Source: Allofranklinella schreckenbergeri | GTDB taxonomy: Bacteria; Pseudomonadota; Gammaproteobacteria; Burkholderiales; Burkholderiaceae_C | NCBI RefSeq assembly: GCF_003703475.1 | Contig: NZ_RDQM01000001.1 | Coordinates: 147,044-211,043, forward strand | Direction: 5' to 3' | DNA length: 64,000 nt | In this document: positions 53,841 to 64,000 of the stretch, one piece after another | Numbering within the stretch: the stretch's first letter is position 1 | Layout of the letters: each line of letters opens with the position of its first letter | Notes under the pieces: generated by a model | What the model saw: the letters and a program-made list of their open reading frames with translations, nothing else | Databases searched by the model: none | Told to the model about the DNA's origin: nothing | Made by a program: the position numbers and the translations under genes

Positions 53841-54614
53841 TTATTTCTCGGCAAAGGCGCGTTCGACCACGAAATCGCCCGGCGTGGAGGTGTTGCCCTC
53901 CACAAAGCCGCGCTGTTCGAACAGCTCTTTCAAATCCGCCAGCATGGCCGGGCTGCCGCAAATCATGACGCGGTCTTCCTCGCGGCTGATCTCGGGCAGG
54001 CCCAGATCGGCAAACAGCTTGCCGTTTTCGATCAGCGTGGTGATGCGCCCCTGGTTGCGAAACGGCTCGCGCGTGACGGTGGGGTAGTACAGCAGCTTGC
54101 CCTTGATGTATTCGCCCAGCAGTTCATGCTCGGGCAGGGTGTGGCAAATCAGCTCCTGATACGCCAGCTCGTTCACAAAGCGCGTGCCGTGCACCAGGAT
54201 GACTTGCTCAAAACGTTCGTAGGTTTCCGGATCGCGGATGGTGCTGAGAAACGGCGCCAGGCCGGTGCCGGTGGAGAGCAAATACAAACGCTTGCCCGGG
54301 CGCAGGTAGTTGAGCAGCAGCGTGCCCGTGGGCTTGCGCCCCACCAGCAGGGTGTCGCCGGGCTGGATGTGTTGCAGGCGCGAAGTCAACGGGCCGTCGG
54401 GCACTTTGATGCTGAAAAACTCCAGATGGTCTTCGTAATTGGCGCTGGCAATGCTGTAGGCGCGCAACAAGGGCTTGCCATCGACGCGCAGGCCGATCAT
54501 GGTGAAGTGCCCGTTGGAAAAACGCAGCGACGGATCGCGCGTGGTGGTGAAACTGAACAGCGTGTCGTTCCAGTGGTGGATGGAGAGGACTTTTTCTTCG
54601 TTGAATGCGCTCAT
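53841..54614 (-). CDS. fpr: Ferredoxin-NADP+ reductase
   Basis: Collinear with E. coli Fpr (QRAYS FAD-binding, GTGLAPFLS, MICGSP NADP-binding motifs). Confidence 0.9.
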   Translation of the reverse strand: MSAFNEEKVLSIHHWNDTLFSFTTTRDPSLRFSNGHFTMIGLRVDGKPLLRAYSIASANYEDHLEFFSIKVPDGPLTSRLQHIQPGDTLLVGRKPTGTLLLNYLRPGKRLYLLSTGTGLAPFLSTIRDPETYERFEQVILVHGTRFVNELAYQELICHTLPEHELLGEYIKGKLLYYPTVTREPFRNQGRITTLIENGKLFADLGLPEISREEDRVMICGSPAMLADLKELFEQRGFVEGNTSTPGDFVVERAFAEK

Positions 54615-54798
54615 TGGTCAGGCTTTCGGAAGGGACGCCACGGGCGTCAAAACAGGCGCGGATTCTCCCCGTTTTTAGGTGTTCTTTTGCCAGAGAGCGC
54701 ATTCGCGCCGTGGTCTTTCCCTCCCCCTGGCGCAGCCATGAAAAACGGCGTGTTTCAGGCACGCCGATCAGGCCAAAAATGAGCGCCTGCGCAAAGGC

Positions 54799-55584
54799 TC
54801 ACTTCAAGTTGCCAGACAGGAAGCGCGCCAGGCGCTCGCTGCGCGGGTTGCTCAGCACATCCCGCGGGCAGCCCTGCTCTTCCACCAAGCCCTGGTGCAA
54901 AAAGACCAAGTGGTTGGAGACTTCACGCGCAAAGCCCATTTCATGGGTGACGATGATCATGGTGCGCCCTTGCTGCGCCAGCAATTGCATGATGCGCAAC
55001 ACCTCGCCCACCAGCTCGGGGTCCAGCGCGCTGGTAGGTTCGTCAAACAGCATGACCTCCGGCTCCACCGCCAGTGCGCGGGCGATGGCCACGCGCTGCT
55101 GCTGCCCGCCCGAGAGTTGGCTGGGGTATTTGTCTTCATGCCCTTTGAGGCCGACCATGTCCAGGTAACGCCGCGCGGTTTCGATGGCGGCGGCCTTGGG
55201 CTGCTTGAGCACATGCACGGGCGCTTCGATGATGTTTTGCAGCACCGTCATGTGCGCCCACAAGTTGAAGTGCTGGAACACCATCGTGAGCTTGGTGCGA
55301 AAACGCTGGAGCTGGGCAATATCGGCCGCGTGCAGCTCGCCATCGCGGGCATCGCGCTGGAGGGCCAGCTCCTCGCCAGTGAGCACGATGCGCCCTTCAT
55401 TGGGGCGCTCCAGCAGGTTCATGCAACGCAAAAACGTGCTTTTGCCCGAACCGGAACTGCCAATGATGCTGATGACATCGCCCGCCCTGGCGGCCAGCGA
55501 CACGCCTTTGAGCACTTCGTTGGCGCCGTATCGCTTGTGGATGTTCTCCACCTGGAGCTTGATGTCTTTGGGGGATGGGGTCAT
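54799..55584 (-). CDS. hisP: Polar amino acid (His/Arg/Lys/ornithine-type) ABC transporter ATP-binding protein
   Basis: Walker [10 protein letters not shown], signature [15 protein letters not shown], Walker [12 protein letters not shown]. Confidence 0.88.
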   Translation of the reverse strand: MTPSPKDIKLQVENIHKRYGANEVLKGVSLAARAGDVISIIGSSGSGKSTFLRCMNLLERPNEGRIVLTGEELALQRDARDGELHAADIAQLQRFRTKLTMVFQHFNLWAHMTVLQNIIEAPVHVLKQPKAAAIETARRYLDMVGLKGHEDKYPSQLSGGQQQRVAIARALAVEPEVMLFDEPTSALDPELVGEVLRIMQLLAQQGRTMIIVTHEMGFAREVSNHLVFLHQGLVEEQGCPRDVLSNPRSERLARFLSGNLK

Positions 55585-55594
55585 ATGCAGGTGC

Positions 55595-56299
55595 TCAATG
55601 CTCCAGATAAGAGGTGTAGCGTTTTTCCGCCAGACGGAACAAGGCCATCATGGCAAAGGTAATCGCGAGGTACAGGCCCGCCGCCACGAGGAAGGCTTCG
55701 AACGTCAGATAGTAGTCGCTGTTGATCGTCTTGGCCGCGGCGGTGATTTCCAGCAGGGCGGGCACGGTGCTGGCCAGGCTGGTGCCATGCATCATCTGCA
55801 TCACTTCATTGCTGTAGGGTGGCAGCGCGCGGCGCATGGCGCTGGGCAGGATGATGCGGCGCATGGCTTGCCAGCGCCCCATGCCCATGGCGTAGGCAGC
55901 CTCCACCTCGCCACGGCGCGTGTCGCGAATGGCGCCGGCGAGGATTTCCGCCAGATAGCCGCCGTGGTTGAGGCTGAAGGCCAGCATGGCGCAGAACACG
56001 GAGCTTTTGAACAGGCCGAAAATCCACCAGTCGTCCCACAGCGCCTGCACCCAGGCCAGTTGGGCAATGCCGTAATAAATCAGGTAAATCTGGATCAGCA
56101 GCGGCGTGCCGCGGATGACGTAGGTAAAGCTCGACGCCACGGCCTTGAGCGCCCGCGAGCGCGACACCAGCATCAGCGCCCCCGCCACACCCAGCACGCC
56201 GCCAAACACCAGCAGGCCCGCCAGCATGGCGAACGTGCCCCACATGCCGCGCAAATAAAGCTGCCAGGTGGCGCCTTCGGAAAAAATGCTCCAGTCCAT
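55595..56299 (-). CDS. hisM: Polar amino acid ABC transporter permease (HisM-like)
   Basis: EAA-loop-containing permease, 234 aa, in an operon with the ATPase. Confidence 0.82.
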   Translation of the reverse strand: MDWSIFSEGATWQLYLRGMWGTFAMLAGLLVFGGVLGVAGALMLVSRSRALKAVASSFTYVIRGTPLLIQIYLIYYGIAQLAWVQALWDDWWIFGLFKSSVFCAMLAFSLNHGGYLAEILAGAIRDTRRGEVEAAYAMGMGRWQAMRRIILPSAMRRALPPYSNEVMQMMHGTSLASTVPALLEITAAAKTINSDYYLTFEAFLVAAGLYLAITFAMMALFRLAEKRYTSYLEH

Positions 56300-56311
56300 G
56301 AACGGCTCTCC

Positions 56312-57004
56312 TTACAGGCGCACTTCTTCCGTGCCCAGGCTGTAGCGCGCGTGGATTTTGCGCAGCGCCCAGAGCGAGACGGTCGTCATCAGCAAATACA
56401 GCACCGCCGTCATCAGCACAAAGCTGAAAGGCTCGCGCGTGGCCGCGCCGGCTTTGTTGGCCAGATAGGTCATGTCGTGCAGGTTGATCAGGCTCACCAG
56501 CGCCGTGGCCTTGAGCAGCGCCATCCAGCTATTGGTGAAGCCGGGCACGACGTAGCGAATCATTTGCGGCAAGGTGATGCGGAAAAACACCTGCCAGCGC
56601 CCCATGCCAAAGGCCAGCCCGGCCTCGCGCTGGCCTATGGGGATGGCCTTGATGGCGCCACGGAAGTTCTCCGTCATGTAAGCGCCGTAAATAAAACCAA
56701 TGGTCAGCACCCCCGCCAGCATCGGGTTGATGCGCACGCCGGCGCTGTAGCCCAGCTTTTCCAGCGTCAGATTCAGCACGGTGCTGCCGCCGTAGAACAC
56801 CAGCAGCATCAAGATCAGCTCCGGAATGCCGCGCACCACCGTGGTGTAGAGCTGGCCCAGCAGCATCAGCGGACGATTGCGCGAGAGCTTGGCCGCTGCC
56901 CCCAGCAGCCCCAGCACAATGGCGACGGCCAGCGACAGCAAGGCCACCTCCACGGTCACGAGCGCGCCTTTGAGGATGGAGAGGTAATAAGCGGAATGGA
57001 TCAC
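56312..57004 (-). CDS. hisQ: Polar amino acid ABC transporter permease (HisQ-like)
   Basis: Second EAA-loop permease, 230 aa. Confidence 0.82.
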   Translation of the reverse strand: MIHSAYYLSILKGALVTVEVALLSLAVAIVLGLLGAAAKLSRNRPLMLLGQLYTTVVRGIPELILMLLVFYGGSTVLNLTLEKLGYSAGVRINPMLAGVLTIGFIYGAYMTENFRGAIKAIPIGQREAGLAFGMGRWQVFFRITLPQMIRYVVPGFTNSWMALLKATALVSLINLHDMTYLANKAGAATREPFSFVLMTAVLYLLMTTVSLWALRKIHARYSLGTEEVRL

Positions 57005-57120
57005 GGCAAGGCCATCTAAGTCAGGGCGCCAAGTCTGAAAAAGGAAAAAGGGCGGGCATAGGCACCCGCCCAGAGCAAGCGCTTACGCGCGCACCGGCAA
57101 GGTTTCAACCCGTAAAGGGC

Positions 57121-57897
57121 TTAATCCGTGCCGTAGGGGTCGAAGTCGAAGTATTTTTTCGCAATTTCGGCGTATTGGCCGTTTTCGCGCAGCTTTTTGA
57201 TGGTTTGGTTGAGCTGCTCTTTCAGCTCCGGCTGGCCTTTGCGCAGGGCGATGCCCATGCCGGCGCCGAAGTATTTGTCGTCGAACAGGTCATTGCCCAC
57301 GGTGGTGTAGCCCTGCCCTTCGGGCTTGCGCAGGAAAGCGCCGGTGACTTCCACCTTGTCGGCCACCGTGCCGTCGAGGCGGCCGGCGTTGATGTCCAGA
57401 TAAACCTGGTCTTGCGCTTCGTAGGAAACGATCTTCACGCCTTTGGGCGCCAGCTCGCCGTTGGCGTAGCGCTCTTGCGTGCTGCCTTTGAGCACGCCCA
57501 TGGACAGGCCCTTGAGCGATTCATGACCTTTGTAGTCCAGCGTTTTCTTGACCACGATGGCGCTGGGCGTTTTGTAGTAACGGTCGGTGAAGTCCACCAC
57601 GCGCTGGCGCTCCTTGGTGATGGACATGTCGCTGATGATGACGTCGTAGTGACGGCTTTGCAGGCCGGGGATCATGCTGTCCCAGACCTGTTCGACGAAG
57701 ACGCATTTGCGCTTGAGTTCGGCGCACACGGCTTCGGAGAAATCGATGTTGAAGCCGACCAGCTTGCCTTGCCCGTCCTTGTACACGAAAGGCTCATAGG
57801 TGGGATCGACGGCGACGCGCAAATCCTGCGCGGCAGCGCCCAGCGATACCGCAGAGAGTGCGCCCAGCAAGACGGCCTGGATGATGTGCTTTGTCAT
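57121..57897 (-). CDS. Lysine/arginine/ornithine/histidine-binding periplasmic protein (LAO/HisJ family)
   Basis: Signal peptide plus type-2 periplasmic binding fold (LRVAVDPTYEPFVYKDGQGKLVGFNIDF..). Confidence 0.88.
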   Translation of the reverse strand: MTKHIIQAVLLGALSAVSLGAAAQDLRVAVDPTYEPFVYKDGQGKLVGFNIDFSEAVCAELKRKCVFVEQVWDSMIPGLQSRHYDVIISDMSITKERQRVVDFTDRYYKTPSAIVVKKTLDYKGHESLKGLSMGVLKGSTQERYANGELAPKGVKIVSYEAQDQVYLDINAGRLDGTVADKVEVTGAFLRKPEGQGYTTVGNDLFDDKYFGAGMGIALRKGQPELKEQLNQTIKKLRENGQYAEIAKKYFDFDPYGTD

Positions 57898-57930
57898 GAA
57901 AACTCCTGTGGGAGGGTTGCGTAATAAGCC

Positions 57931-57978
57931 GGCGATTCTAGTGCGAGCGCGACACGCCCTGGCCCGGGGAAAACCGCT
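57931..57978. repeat. Shared 5'-leader motif GGCGATTCTAG[TGCGAGCGCGACACGCCCTGGCCCGGGGAAAACCG]CTAGAGCGTGTT; related copies upstream of ppx (about 42095-42120) and parC (about 60740-60790)
   Basis: The ppx copy reads gattCTAGagcgtgtt with nothing between the CTAG repeats; the hisJ copy carries a 36-bp insert; the parC copy shares GGCGATTgTAGTGACACGCCCTGCCGGGCC. Confidence 0.45.
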
Positions 57979-58085
57979 AGAGCGTGTTCGGCGTCTTGGC
58001 GCGCAAGCTCAGCGGCCAAATGGGCCATGCGGCCATGCGGCGCAGCGCCTGGCCACTTGCTCCAGGCGTGGCAAGCCGTACATTT

Positions 58086-58160
58086 CATCTATCAAAAGGA
58101 AAACAAATGCCCTGTTTTCGGCAAGATAGGCAAGCACCCTCTTTTCCTTTGATTGAAATT
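58086..58160. repeat. AT-rich palindromic intergenic repeat, copy N (inverted core orientation)
   Basis: atcaaaaggaaaacaa .. atgccctgttttcggca .. ctcttttcctttgattgaaat. Confidence 0.65.
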
Positions 58161-58167
58161 TCAGAAT

Positions 58168-58240
58168 AACCAATCAAAGGAAAACCAGCTTCAATCACAA
58201 CATGCCGAAAACGGGCGGTTTACTTTCCTGATGATCTGGA
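58168..58240. repeat. AT-rich palindromic intergenic repeat, copy O (tandem to N; degenerate right arm)
   Basis: caatcaaaggaaaacc .. acatgccgaaaacgggcgg .. tttactttcctgatgat. Confidence 0.6.
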
Positions 58241-58255
58241 ATAAGAAACGGATTT

Positions 58256-60676
58256 TCAAACCTGGCGAAGCACTTGCGCGGGCTTGAAGCCGAAGTCGCC
58301 CTTCTTGCCCTTTTGGCCGCGCTTGCCCTGGGCATTGGCGAGGCTGCGCAGCTCCAGCGTTTCCTCGCGCTCCTTGCCGCCGCGGCCCACGCCAGCGATG
58401 CGCACGCTGCGCGCGTAGGCGGCGGCGCCGGCCAGGCGGTCTTGCGCCTCCAGCGACAGCAGCAGCAGGCCGCGCCCGCCTTTGGGCTGGTGTTTCAACT
58501 CGGTCAGCGCAAAGGTCAGGATGCGCCCGGCGGTGGAGACGGCGCACACGCTGCTGGCTGGTTCGGCCTGGCCGGGACTGCCCGCCAGCGAGGGGGCGCA
58601 CAGGCTTTCGCCTTCGGCCAGGGTGACAAAGACTTTGCCCGCTTTCTGGCGCGAAACCATGTCGCCCACTTTGGCCAAAAAGCCGTAGCCGCCCGAGCTG
58701 CACAGCAGCAGTTGGGCCTCGGCCGGGCCGGCGAAGTAGTGCTGCACGGCGCTTCCAGGCTCCAGCTCGATGAAGGCGGTCAGGGGCTGGCCGTCGCCGC
58801 GCGCGCCGGGCAGCGCGGCCACGGGCACGGAGTACACGCGGCCATTGCCGCCAAAGGCGAGCAGCACGTCCACCGTGCGGCATTCGAAGGTGCCGTAAAG
58901 CGCGTCGCCCGCCTTGAAGTGAAAGCCTTGCGGATCATGGCCGTGGCCGCTGCGCGCGCGCACCCAGCCTTTGCGCGAGACGACGACGGTGACGGGCTCG
59001 TCGATGATTTTGATCTCGGCCACGCTGCGCTTTTCTTCCTGGATCAGGGTGCGGCGCGCGTCGGCGAATTCTTTGGCATCGGCCTCGATTTCCCTGACCA
59101 TCAGGCGCTTGAGGCTGGCGGGGTTGGCCAGCACGTCCTCCAGCTTGGCTTGCTCGGCGCGCAGCTCGGCCAGTTCCTGCTCGATCTTGATGGCTTCCAG
59201 CCGCGCCAGTTGGCGCAGGCGGATTTCCAGGATGTCCTCAGCCTGGCGCTCGGTCAGCGCAAAGTGCGCCATCAGGGCGGCTTTGGGCTCGTCGCTGTGG
59301 CGGATGATGGCGATGACTTCATCGATGTTGAGCAGAACGAGCTGGCGCCCTTCGAGCACGTGGATGCGATCGCGCACCTTGCCCAGCCGGTGCTGGCTGC
59401 GCCGCTCGATGGTGCGCTGGCGAAAGGCAATCCACTCCTGCAACACCTGGCGCAGCGATTTTTGCGCGGGCTTGCCATCCAGGCCCACCATCGTGAGGTT
59501 GATGCTGCATGAGCTCTCCAGGCTGGTGTGCGCCAGCAGCGTGCCGATCAGCTCCTGCGCGCTGGTGCGGCTGGATTTGGGTTCGATGACGATGCGCACG
59601 GGCGCATCCTTGTTGGATTCGTCGCGCACGCCATCGAGCACGGCCTGCACCGTGGCCTTGAGCTGAAGCTGCTCTTGCGTCAGCGACTTTTTGCCCGCCT
59701 TGAGCTTGGGGTTCATCAGCTCCTCGATTTCTTCGAGGATGCGCCGCGCGCTCACATTGGGCGGCAGCTCGGTGACCACCATTTGCCACTGGCCGCGCGC
59801 CAATTCCTCCATCACCCAGCGCGCGCGCACCTTGAGCGAGCCGCGCCCGCTTTGGTAGGCGGCGGCGATCTCGCTGGCGGCGCTGATGATGTGGCCGCCG
59901 CCGGGGAAATCCGGCCCGGGCAGCAGCGCCAGCAGGGCCTCGTCGCTCACATCGGGCGTTTTGATCAGGGCCACGGCCGCATCGGCCACTTCGCGCAAGT
60001 TGTGGCTGGGGATTTCGGTTGCCATGCCCACGGCAATGCCGCTGGCGCCGTTGAGCAGCGTAAAGGGCAGGCGCGCGGGCAGTTGGCTGGGCTCCTCAAA
60101 CGCGCCGTCGTAATTGGGGGTGAAATCCACCGTGCCCTGGTCGATCTCCTGCAACAGCAGGCGCGCGATTTTGCTCAGCCGCGCCTCGGTGTAGCGCATG
60201 GCGGCTGCGCCATCGCCATCGCGGCTACCGAAGTTGCCCTGGCCGTCGATGAGCGGGTAACGCTGGCTGAAATCCTGCGCCATGCGCACCAGCGCGTCGT
60301 AGGCGGCGCTGTCGCCATGCGGGTGGTATTTGCCCAGCACATCGCCCACCACGCGCGCGCTCTTGACCGGCTTGGCCGCCGTATTGCCGCCATAGGCCAG
60401 GCCCATTTGCTCCATCGTGTAGAGAATGCGCCGCTGCACCGGCTTTTGCCCGTCGGCCACATCGGGCAAGGCGCGGCCCTTGACCACCGAGAGCGCATAT
60501 TCCAGATACGCCCGCTGGGCATAGGCGGCCAGGGAGCTGTCATCGCCATCGCCCACGCGCGGCGGCTGCGCCGCAGCGGGCGGCCCGGCGGCATCGCGCT
60601 CGCTTTCAGCCAAAAAAACAGGCGCATCCTCGGCGCCCAGGGCCTGCGCGGCCTGATCGGTATTCATCGTTTGCAT
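58256..60676 (-). CDS. parC: DNA topoisomerase IV subunit A
   Basis: Collinear with E. coli ParC ([31 protein letters not shown] active-site Tyr region, [14 protein letters not shown]). About 807 aa from ATG 60676; no GyrA box. Confidence 0.88.
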   Translation of the reverse strand: MQTMNTDQAAQALGAEDAPVFLAESERDAAGPPAAAQPPRVGDGDDSSLAAYAQRAYLEYALSVVKGRALPDVADGQKPVQRRILYTMEQMGLAYGGNTAAKPVKSARVVGDVLGKYHPHGDSAAYDALVRMAQDFSQRYPLIDGQGNFGSRDGDGAAAMRYTEARLSKIARLLLQEIDQGTVDFTPNYDGAFEEPSQLPARLPFTLLNGASGIAVGMATEIPSHNLREVADAAVALIKTPDVSDEALLALLPGPDFPGGGHIISAASEIAAAYQSGRGSLKVRARWVMEELARGQWQMVVTELPPNVSARRILEEIEELMNPKLKAGKKSLTQEQLQLKATVQAVLDGVRDESNKDAPVRIVIEPKSSRTSAQELIGTLLAHTSLESSCSINLTMVGLDGKPAQKSLRQVLQEWIAFRQRTIERRSQHRLGKVRDRIHVLEGRQLVLLNIDEVIAIIRHSDEPKAALMAHFALTERQAEDILEIRLRQLARLEAIKIEQELAELRAEQAKLEDVLANPASLKRLMVREIEADAKEFADARRTLIQEEKRSVAEIKIIDEPVTVVVSRKGWVRARSGHGHDPQGFHFKAGDALYGTFECRTVDVLLAFGGNGRVYSVPVAALPGARGDGQPLTAFIELEPGSAVQHYFAGPAEAQLLLCSSGGYGFLAKVGDMVSRQKAGKVFVTLAEGESLCAPSLAGSPGQAEPASSVCAVSTAGRILTFALTELKHQPKGGRGLLLLSLEAQDRLAGAAAYARSVRIAGVGRGGKEREETLELRSLANAQGKRGQKGKKGDFGFKPAQVLRQV

Positions 60677-61015
60677 GCAATAGGGGGAAATCCGCCGCCC
60701 GCTGGCGCAGCCAGCCTGGGCATGAATTGAACGCGGCAATTGAAGTGCGGCGATTGTAGTGACACGCCCTGCCGGGCCAGACGCCCCGCGCCAGCGCAAC
60801 CAGAAAACCCCTTTCAACGCATTTTGATGCTGCTTGACCATGAGGCGGCGTCAACCTCTGGCGCGGCTTTTGCGTTTTTTTGCACTGCAACATATATTTG
60901 TATTTTGCAAAAGCGCCAGGGAGGGACTGGCCGCTTTTTTGCCCTTCAGCAGGCCATTGGCCACAAGCCATTCAATGCCTGCGCAAGGTTCACCGTTCTG
61001 ACCCCATAACGCACT

Positions 61016-61786
61016 ATGCCTGAAGTGAAAACACCAACGCCAACCACCAACTCCTCCGCCCCCGCAAGCGCCAAGCAGGCCGCTGCCCCGGCACCCGCGC
61101 AGACCACGCCCGCTGCAACGCTCAAGGAAAAGCCTCAGCCGCTGCACATCCCCATCCGCTCGCTGGGGCCTGTGCATCGCCCGCAAATCCTGGAGCATTT
61201 GCTGAACCTGAGCGACCGCGACCGCTATTTGCGCTTTGGCTACCCGGCCTCCAACACGCAAGTGGAGCGCTACGTGGAAAACTTGGATTTCCAGCGCGAC
61301 GAGATTTACGGCATCCACAACCGCAAGCTGGAGCTGATTGCCATGGCCCACTTGGCCTTTGACCCGCCTGCGGAGGGCAAACCCCGCGCGGCGGAGTTCG
61401 GGGTATCCGTCTCGGGCGCTTACCGTGGCCGCCATCTGGGCAAGCGCCTGTACGACCGCGCCATGATGCACGCCCGCAATGAAGGGGCGGAGATCATGTA
61501 CATCCACGCCCTGAGCGAAAACGCGCCCATGCTCAAGATCGCCCGCAATGCCGGTGCGGTCGTGCAGCGCGAAGGGGGCGAATCCGAAGCCTATCTGCGC
61601 CTGCCGCCTGCCAACCTCAACTCCCGCCTGACGGAAGTGTTCGAGGATCAATTCGGCGAAATGGATTACCGCATGAAAGTGCAGGCCTACCAATTCCAGG
61701 CCTTTCTGGACGGCTTGCAACGCTGGAGCGACCCGGCCCGCCTGGGCAAGAAAAAAGAAGACGAAGCCCCAGACCAAAACCCATAA
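61016..61786 (+). CDS. GNAT-family N-acetyltransferase with a Pro/Ala/Thr-rich N-terminal extension
   Basis: Acetyl-CoA binding motif YRGRHLGKRL (Q/R-x-x-G-x-G/A) and the surrounding GNAT fold. Confidence 0.6.
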   Translation: MPEVKTPTPTTNSSAPASAKQAAAPAPAQTTPAATLKEKPQPLHIPIRSLGPVHRPQILEHLLNLSDRDRYLRFGYPASNTQVERYVENLDFQRDEIYGIHNRKLELIAMAHLAFDPPAEGKPRAAEFGVSVSGAYRGRHLGKRLYDRAMMHARNEGAEIMYIHALSENAPMLKIARNAGAVVQREGGESEAYLRLPPANLNSRLTEVFEDQFGEMDYRMKVQAYQFQAFLDGLQRWSDPARLGKKKEDEAPDQNP

Positions 61787-61889
61787 CGCCTTCGTTCAGC
61801 CTGCCGCCACGCCCGCGCCCAGCGGGCGTTTTTCATGGACGCGCACCATCGCGCCAGCGCTCCGCCCCCGGTTTGCACCGCCTTGGCCG

Positions 61890-62495
61890 GTGCGAAAATC
61901 GCCCCTCATGAAAAACATCGTCATCCTCATCTCCGGCACTGGCTCCAACATGGCAGCCATTGTCCAGGCCCAGCGCCAGCAGCAATGGCGCGAGCGGCAC
62001 CAGGCCGAAGTCGTCGCCGTCATCAGCAACCGCGCCGATGCCGCCGGTTTGCAAAAAGCCCAGGAGGCGGGCCTGGCCACGCAAGTGGTGGAGCACAAGA
62101 GCTTCCCCACCCGCGAAGCCTTCGATGCCGAGCTGGCCCGCGCCGTGCAAGCCTACGACCCCGCCCTGGTGGTGCTGGCGGGCTTCATGCGCGTGCTCAC
62201 GCCCGTGTTCGTGGAGCCGTTCGAGCGGCGGCTGATCAACATCCACCCCTCGCTGCTGCCAGCTTTTCCCGGCCTGCACACCCACCAAAGGGCGCTGGAT
62301 GCAGGCTGCCGCTTCACCGGCGCCACCGTGCATTGGGTCACGCCCGAGCTGGATGCCGGCCCCATCATCGACCAGGTGGCCGTGCCCATCCTGCCCGGCG
62401 ATACGGCCCAAAGCCTCACGGCCCGCGTGCAGACGCAGGAATACCTGCTCTACCCCCGCGCCATTCTTCAGGCGCTCCAGACGATTACAGCCTAA
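61890..62495 (+). CDS. purN: Phosphoribosylglycinamide formyltransferase
   Basis: ILISGTGSNM N-terminus and the HPSLLPAFPG catalytic motif. Confidence 0.9.
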   Translation: MRKSPLMKNIVILISGTGSNMAAIVQAQRQQQWRERHQAEVVAVISNRADAAGLQKAQEAGLATQVVEHKSFPTREAFDAELARAVQAYDPALVVLAGFMRVLTPVFVEPFERRLINIHPSLLPAFPGLHTHQRALDAGCRFTGATVHWVTPELDAGPIIDQVAVPILPGDTAQSLTARVQTQEYLLYPRAILQALQTITA

Positions 62496-62498
62496 CCA

Positions 62499-62578
62499 CC
62501 CAATCAAAGGAAAAACAACTCAATACCCATCATGCCAAAACAGACATCTTTGTTTTCCTTTTGAATTATAAAATCCTT
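62499..62578. repeat. AT-rich palindromic intergenic repeat, copy P
   Basis: caatcaaaggaaaaacaactcaataccc .. atcatgccaaaacagacat .. tttgttttccttttgaatta. Confidence 0.6.
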
Positions 62579-62615
62579 CGCTGCCTGGCGCAGCCATGCC
62601 ACTGTTACTCTTTTT

Positions 62616-63473
62616 ATGATCCCTGCCACACCCACTTTCGTCCTGACCCTCTCCTGCCCCGATCGCAAAGGGCTGGTGCACGCCGTCTCCGGCTTTTTGC
62701 TCGAGCAAGGCGGCAACATCGAAGAAGCCGCCCAGTTCAACGACCACAGCACCGGCCTGTTCTTCATGCGCCTGCAATTTCGCGCCCCCGAGCGCAGCCT
62801 GGAGCAATTGCAGCAAGCCTTGGGCGAATTCGCCCCGCCGCTGCAAATCACCTGGAGCCTGCACGACGCCTGCACACCCGTGCCCACCGTCGTCTTCGTC
62901 AGCCGCGAGGGGCATTGCCTCAACGATTTGCTGTTTCGCTTCAAAAGCGGCCTGCTGCCCATCGACATCCGCGCCATCATCAGCAACCACCGCGATTTCT
63001 ACCAACTGGCGGCCAGCTACAACGTGCCCTTCCACCACATCCCCGTCACCAAGGACAACAAAGCCCAGGCCGAAGCGCGCCAATACGAAATCATCCAGGG
63101 CGAAGGCGCCGAACTGGTGGTGCTGGCGCGCTACATGCAAATCCTCTCGGACGATTTCAGCCAGAAACTCGCCGGCCGCGCCATCAACATCCACCACAGC
63201 TTCCTGCCCAGCTTCAAAGGCGCCAAGCCCTATTACCAGGCGCACGACCGCGGCGTGAAGCTCATTGGCGCCACCGCCCACTACGTCACCGCCGATCTGG
63301 ACGAAGGCCCCATCATCGAGCAGGACGTCGCCCGCGTGGACCACAGCCTGACCGTGGAAGACCTCACCGCCATCGGCCGTGACACCGAAAGCCAGGTGCT
63401 GGCGCGCGCCGTCAAATGGCACAGCGAGCACCGCATCCTCATCAACGGCCAGAAAACCGTGGTATTTCGCTAA
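62616..63473 (+). CDS. purU: Formyltetrahydrofolate deformylase
   Basis: N-terminal ACT domain plus a C-terminal formyltransferase domain (INIHHSFLPSFKGAKPY). Confidence 0.93.
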   Translation: MIPATPTFVLTLSCPDRKGLVHAVSGFLLEQGGNIEEAAQFNDHSTGLFFMRLQFRAPERSLEQLQQALGEFAPPLQITWSLHDACTPVPTVVFVSREGHCLNDLLFRFKSGLLPIDIRAIISNHRDFYQLAASYNVPFHHIPVTKDNKAQAEARQYEIIQGEGAELVVLARYMQILSDDFSQKLAGRAINIHHSFLPSFKGAKPYYQAHDRGVKLIGATAHYVTADLDEGPIIEQDVARVDHSLTVEDLTAIGRDTESQVLARAVKWHSEHRILINGQKTVVFR

Positions 63474-63533
63474 GGCGCATGGGAGCGCAACGCAACGCAT
63501 GGCCCGTAAAATGGCCGATTTTTTCGGCCCGCC

Positions 63534-63794
63534 ATGCCCGCCAAAGCCCGCGCCCCGCTGCCCAGCACCTACGAAGCCGCCCTGGAGGAACTGGAGCAAT
63601 TGCTCGCCCAAATTGAGTCCGGCCAATTGCCGCTGGAGCAGTTGCTGGCCGGCTACCAACGCGGCGCACAATTGCTGGCGTTTTGCCGCAGCCGGCTGCA
63701 AGCGGTGCAACAGCAAATCCAGGTGCTCGATGGCGACATCGCCCGCAGCCTGGACGAAACCGCCATCGCCGCCCCCGATCAAGCCGCTAATTAA
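63534..63794 (+). CDS. xseB: Exodeoxyribonuclease VII small subunit
   Basis: 86 aa. [24 protein letters not shown] matches the XseB helical hairpin. Confidence 0.88.
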   Translation: MPAKARAPLPSTYEAALEELEQLLAQIESGQLPLEQLLAGYQRGAQLLAFCRSRLQAVQQQIQVLDGDIARSLDETAIAAPDQAAN

Positions 63795-63944
63795 CCGTTG
63801 ATGAATTAACCGCTTGATTGACCTCTGGTCAACCGCCGCTTCGCCCTGCAGACCGCCGCCGTGCCGCAGCGCCGCCTGCCCGCCACGGGGAAAGGCCGCA
63901 ACTGCCACGCCCCATCACACAGGAACCCCGCTTTGAACCCAGCC

Positions 63945-64000
63945 GCCCCCACGCCACCCGCCCCCGACAACGGCCCGCGCGACTTCGCTGCCTGGATGCA
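63945..64000 (+). CDS. Possible 5' end of the next gene (by synteny xseB-ispA; TTG start?), truncated at the window end
   Basis: Open frame to the end of the window after an aggaa RBS-like element. Too short to assess. Confidence 0.2.

Noticed and set aside
60850-60960. LexA/SOS-box or other palindrome in the AT-rich parC/GNAT divergent region (TTTTGCACTGCAACATATATTTGTATTTTGCAAAAG)
   Set aside because: It looks palindromic by eye, but base-by-base comparison shows several mismatches. There is no CTGT-N8-ACAG. It is more likely an ordinary AT-rich promoter/UP-element region.

Overview
High-GC betaproteobacterial chromosomal segment, mostly housekeeping genes, with three unusual layers. Gene order and several signatures (PilB-like Trx-MsrA-MsrB fusion, type IV minor-pilin operon, lldPRD) fit Neisseriales/Burkholderiales. 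Recognisable genes: lldP-lldR-lldD with two LldR-type operators; a large Orn/Lys/Arg decarboxylase; pepN; an orphan class Ib nrdF; argS plus a SPOR protein; ycaR-kdsB; rlmH; Trx-MsrA-MsrB; a fimT-pilV-pilW-pilX-pilY1-pilE minor-pilin operon; rtcR and rtcB; RNase Z; ppx; a phoR-like kinase; xseA; xerC; a dynamin-like GTPase; mutY; trkH; fpr; a polar-amino-acid ABC transporter; parC; purN; purU; xseB. Layer 1: rtcR sits divergent from a near-consensus sigma-54 promoter, but rtcB is about 4.7 kb downstream. The gap holds two tRNA-like non-coding elements immediately after the promoter, a cytoplasmic SPFH/band-7 protein, further tRNA 3'-end fragments, two unknown proteins (one translationally coupled to rtcB), and an antisense RelE-like toxin / BrnA-like antitoxin pair. 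This looks like an expanded, possibly Y-RNA-like, RtcR-controlled RNA-repair locus with no rtcA or rsr. Layer 2: at least 16 copies (about 1 per 4 kb) of a 70-90 bp AT-rich nested-palindromic element sit in intergenic regions. Their core is ATCAAAGGAAAA ... ATGCCGAAAnAGGCAT ... TTTTCCTTTGAT, seen in both orientations and two subtypes. Layer 3: smaller oddities include palindromic candidate operators ahead of the orphan nrdF, a (GCAGAG)n coding microsatellite, a shared 5'-leader motif with a CTAG-bounded 36-bp indel, and an orphan phoR-like kinase. No CRISPR array, rRNA, canonical tRNA gene or integrase/transposase was found. The many long antisense ORFs in the track are GC-skew artefacts.
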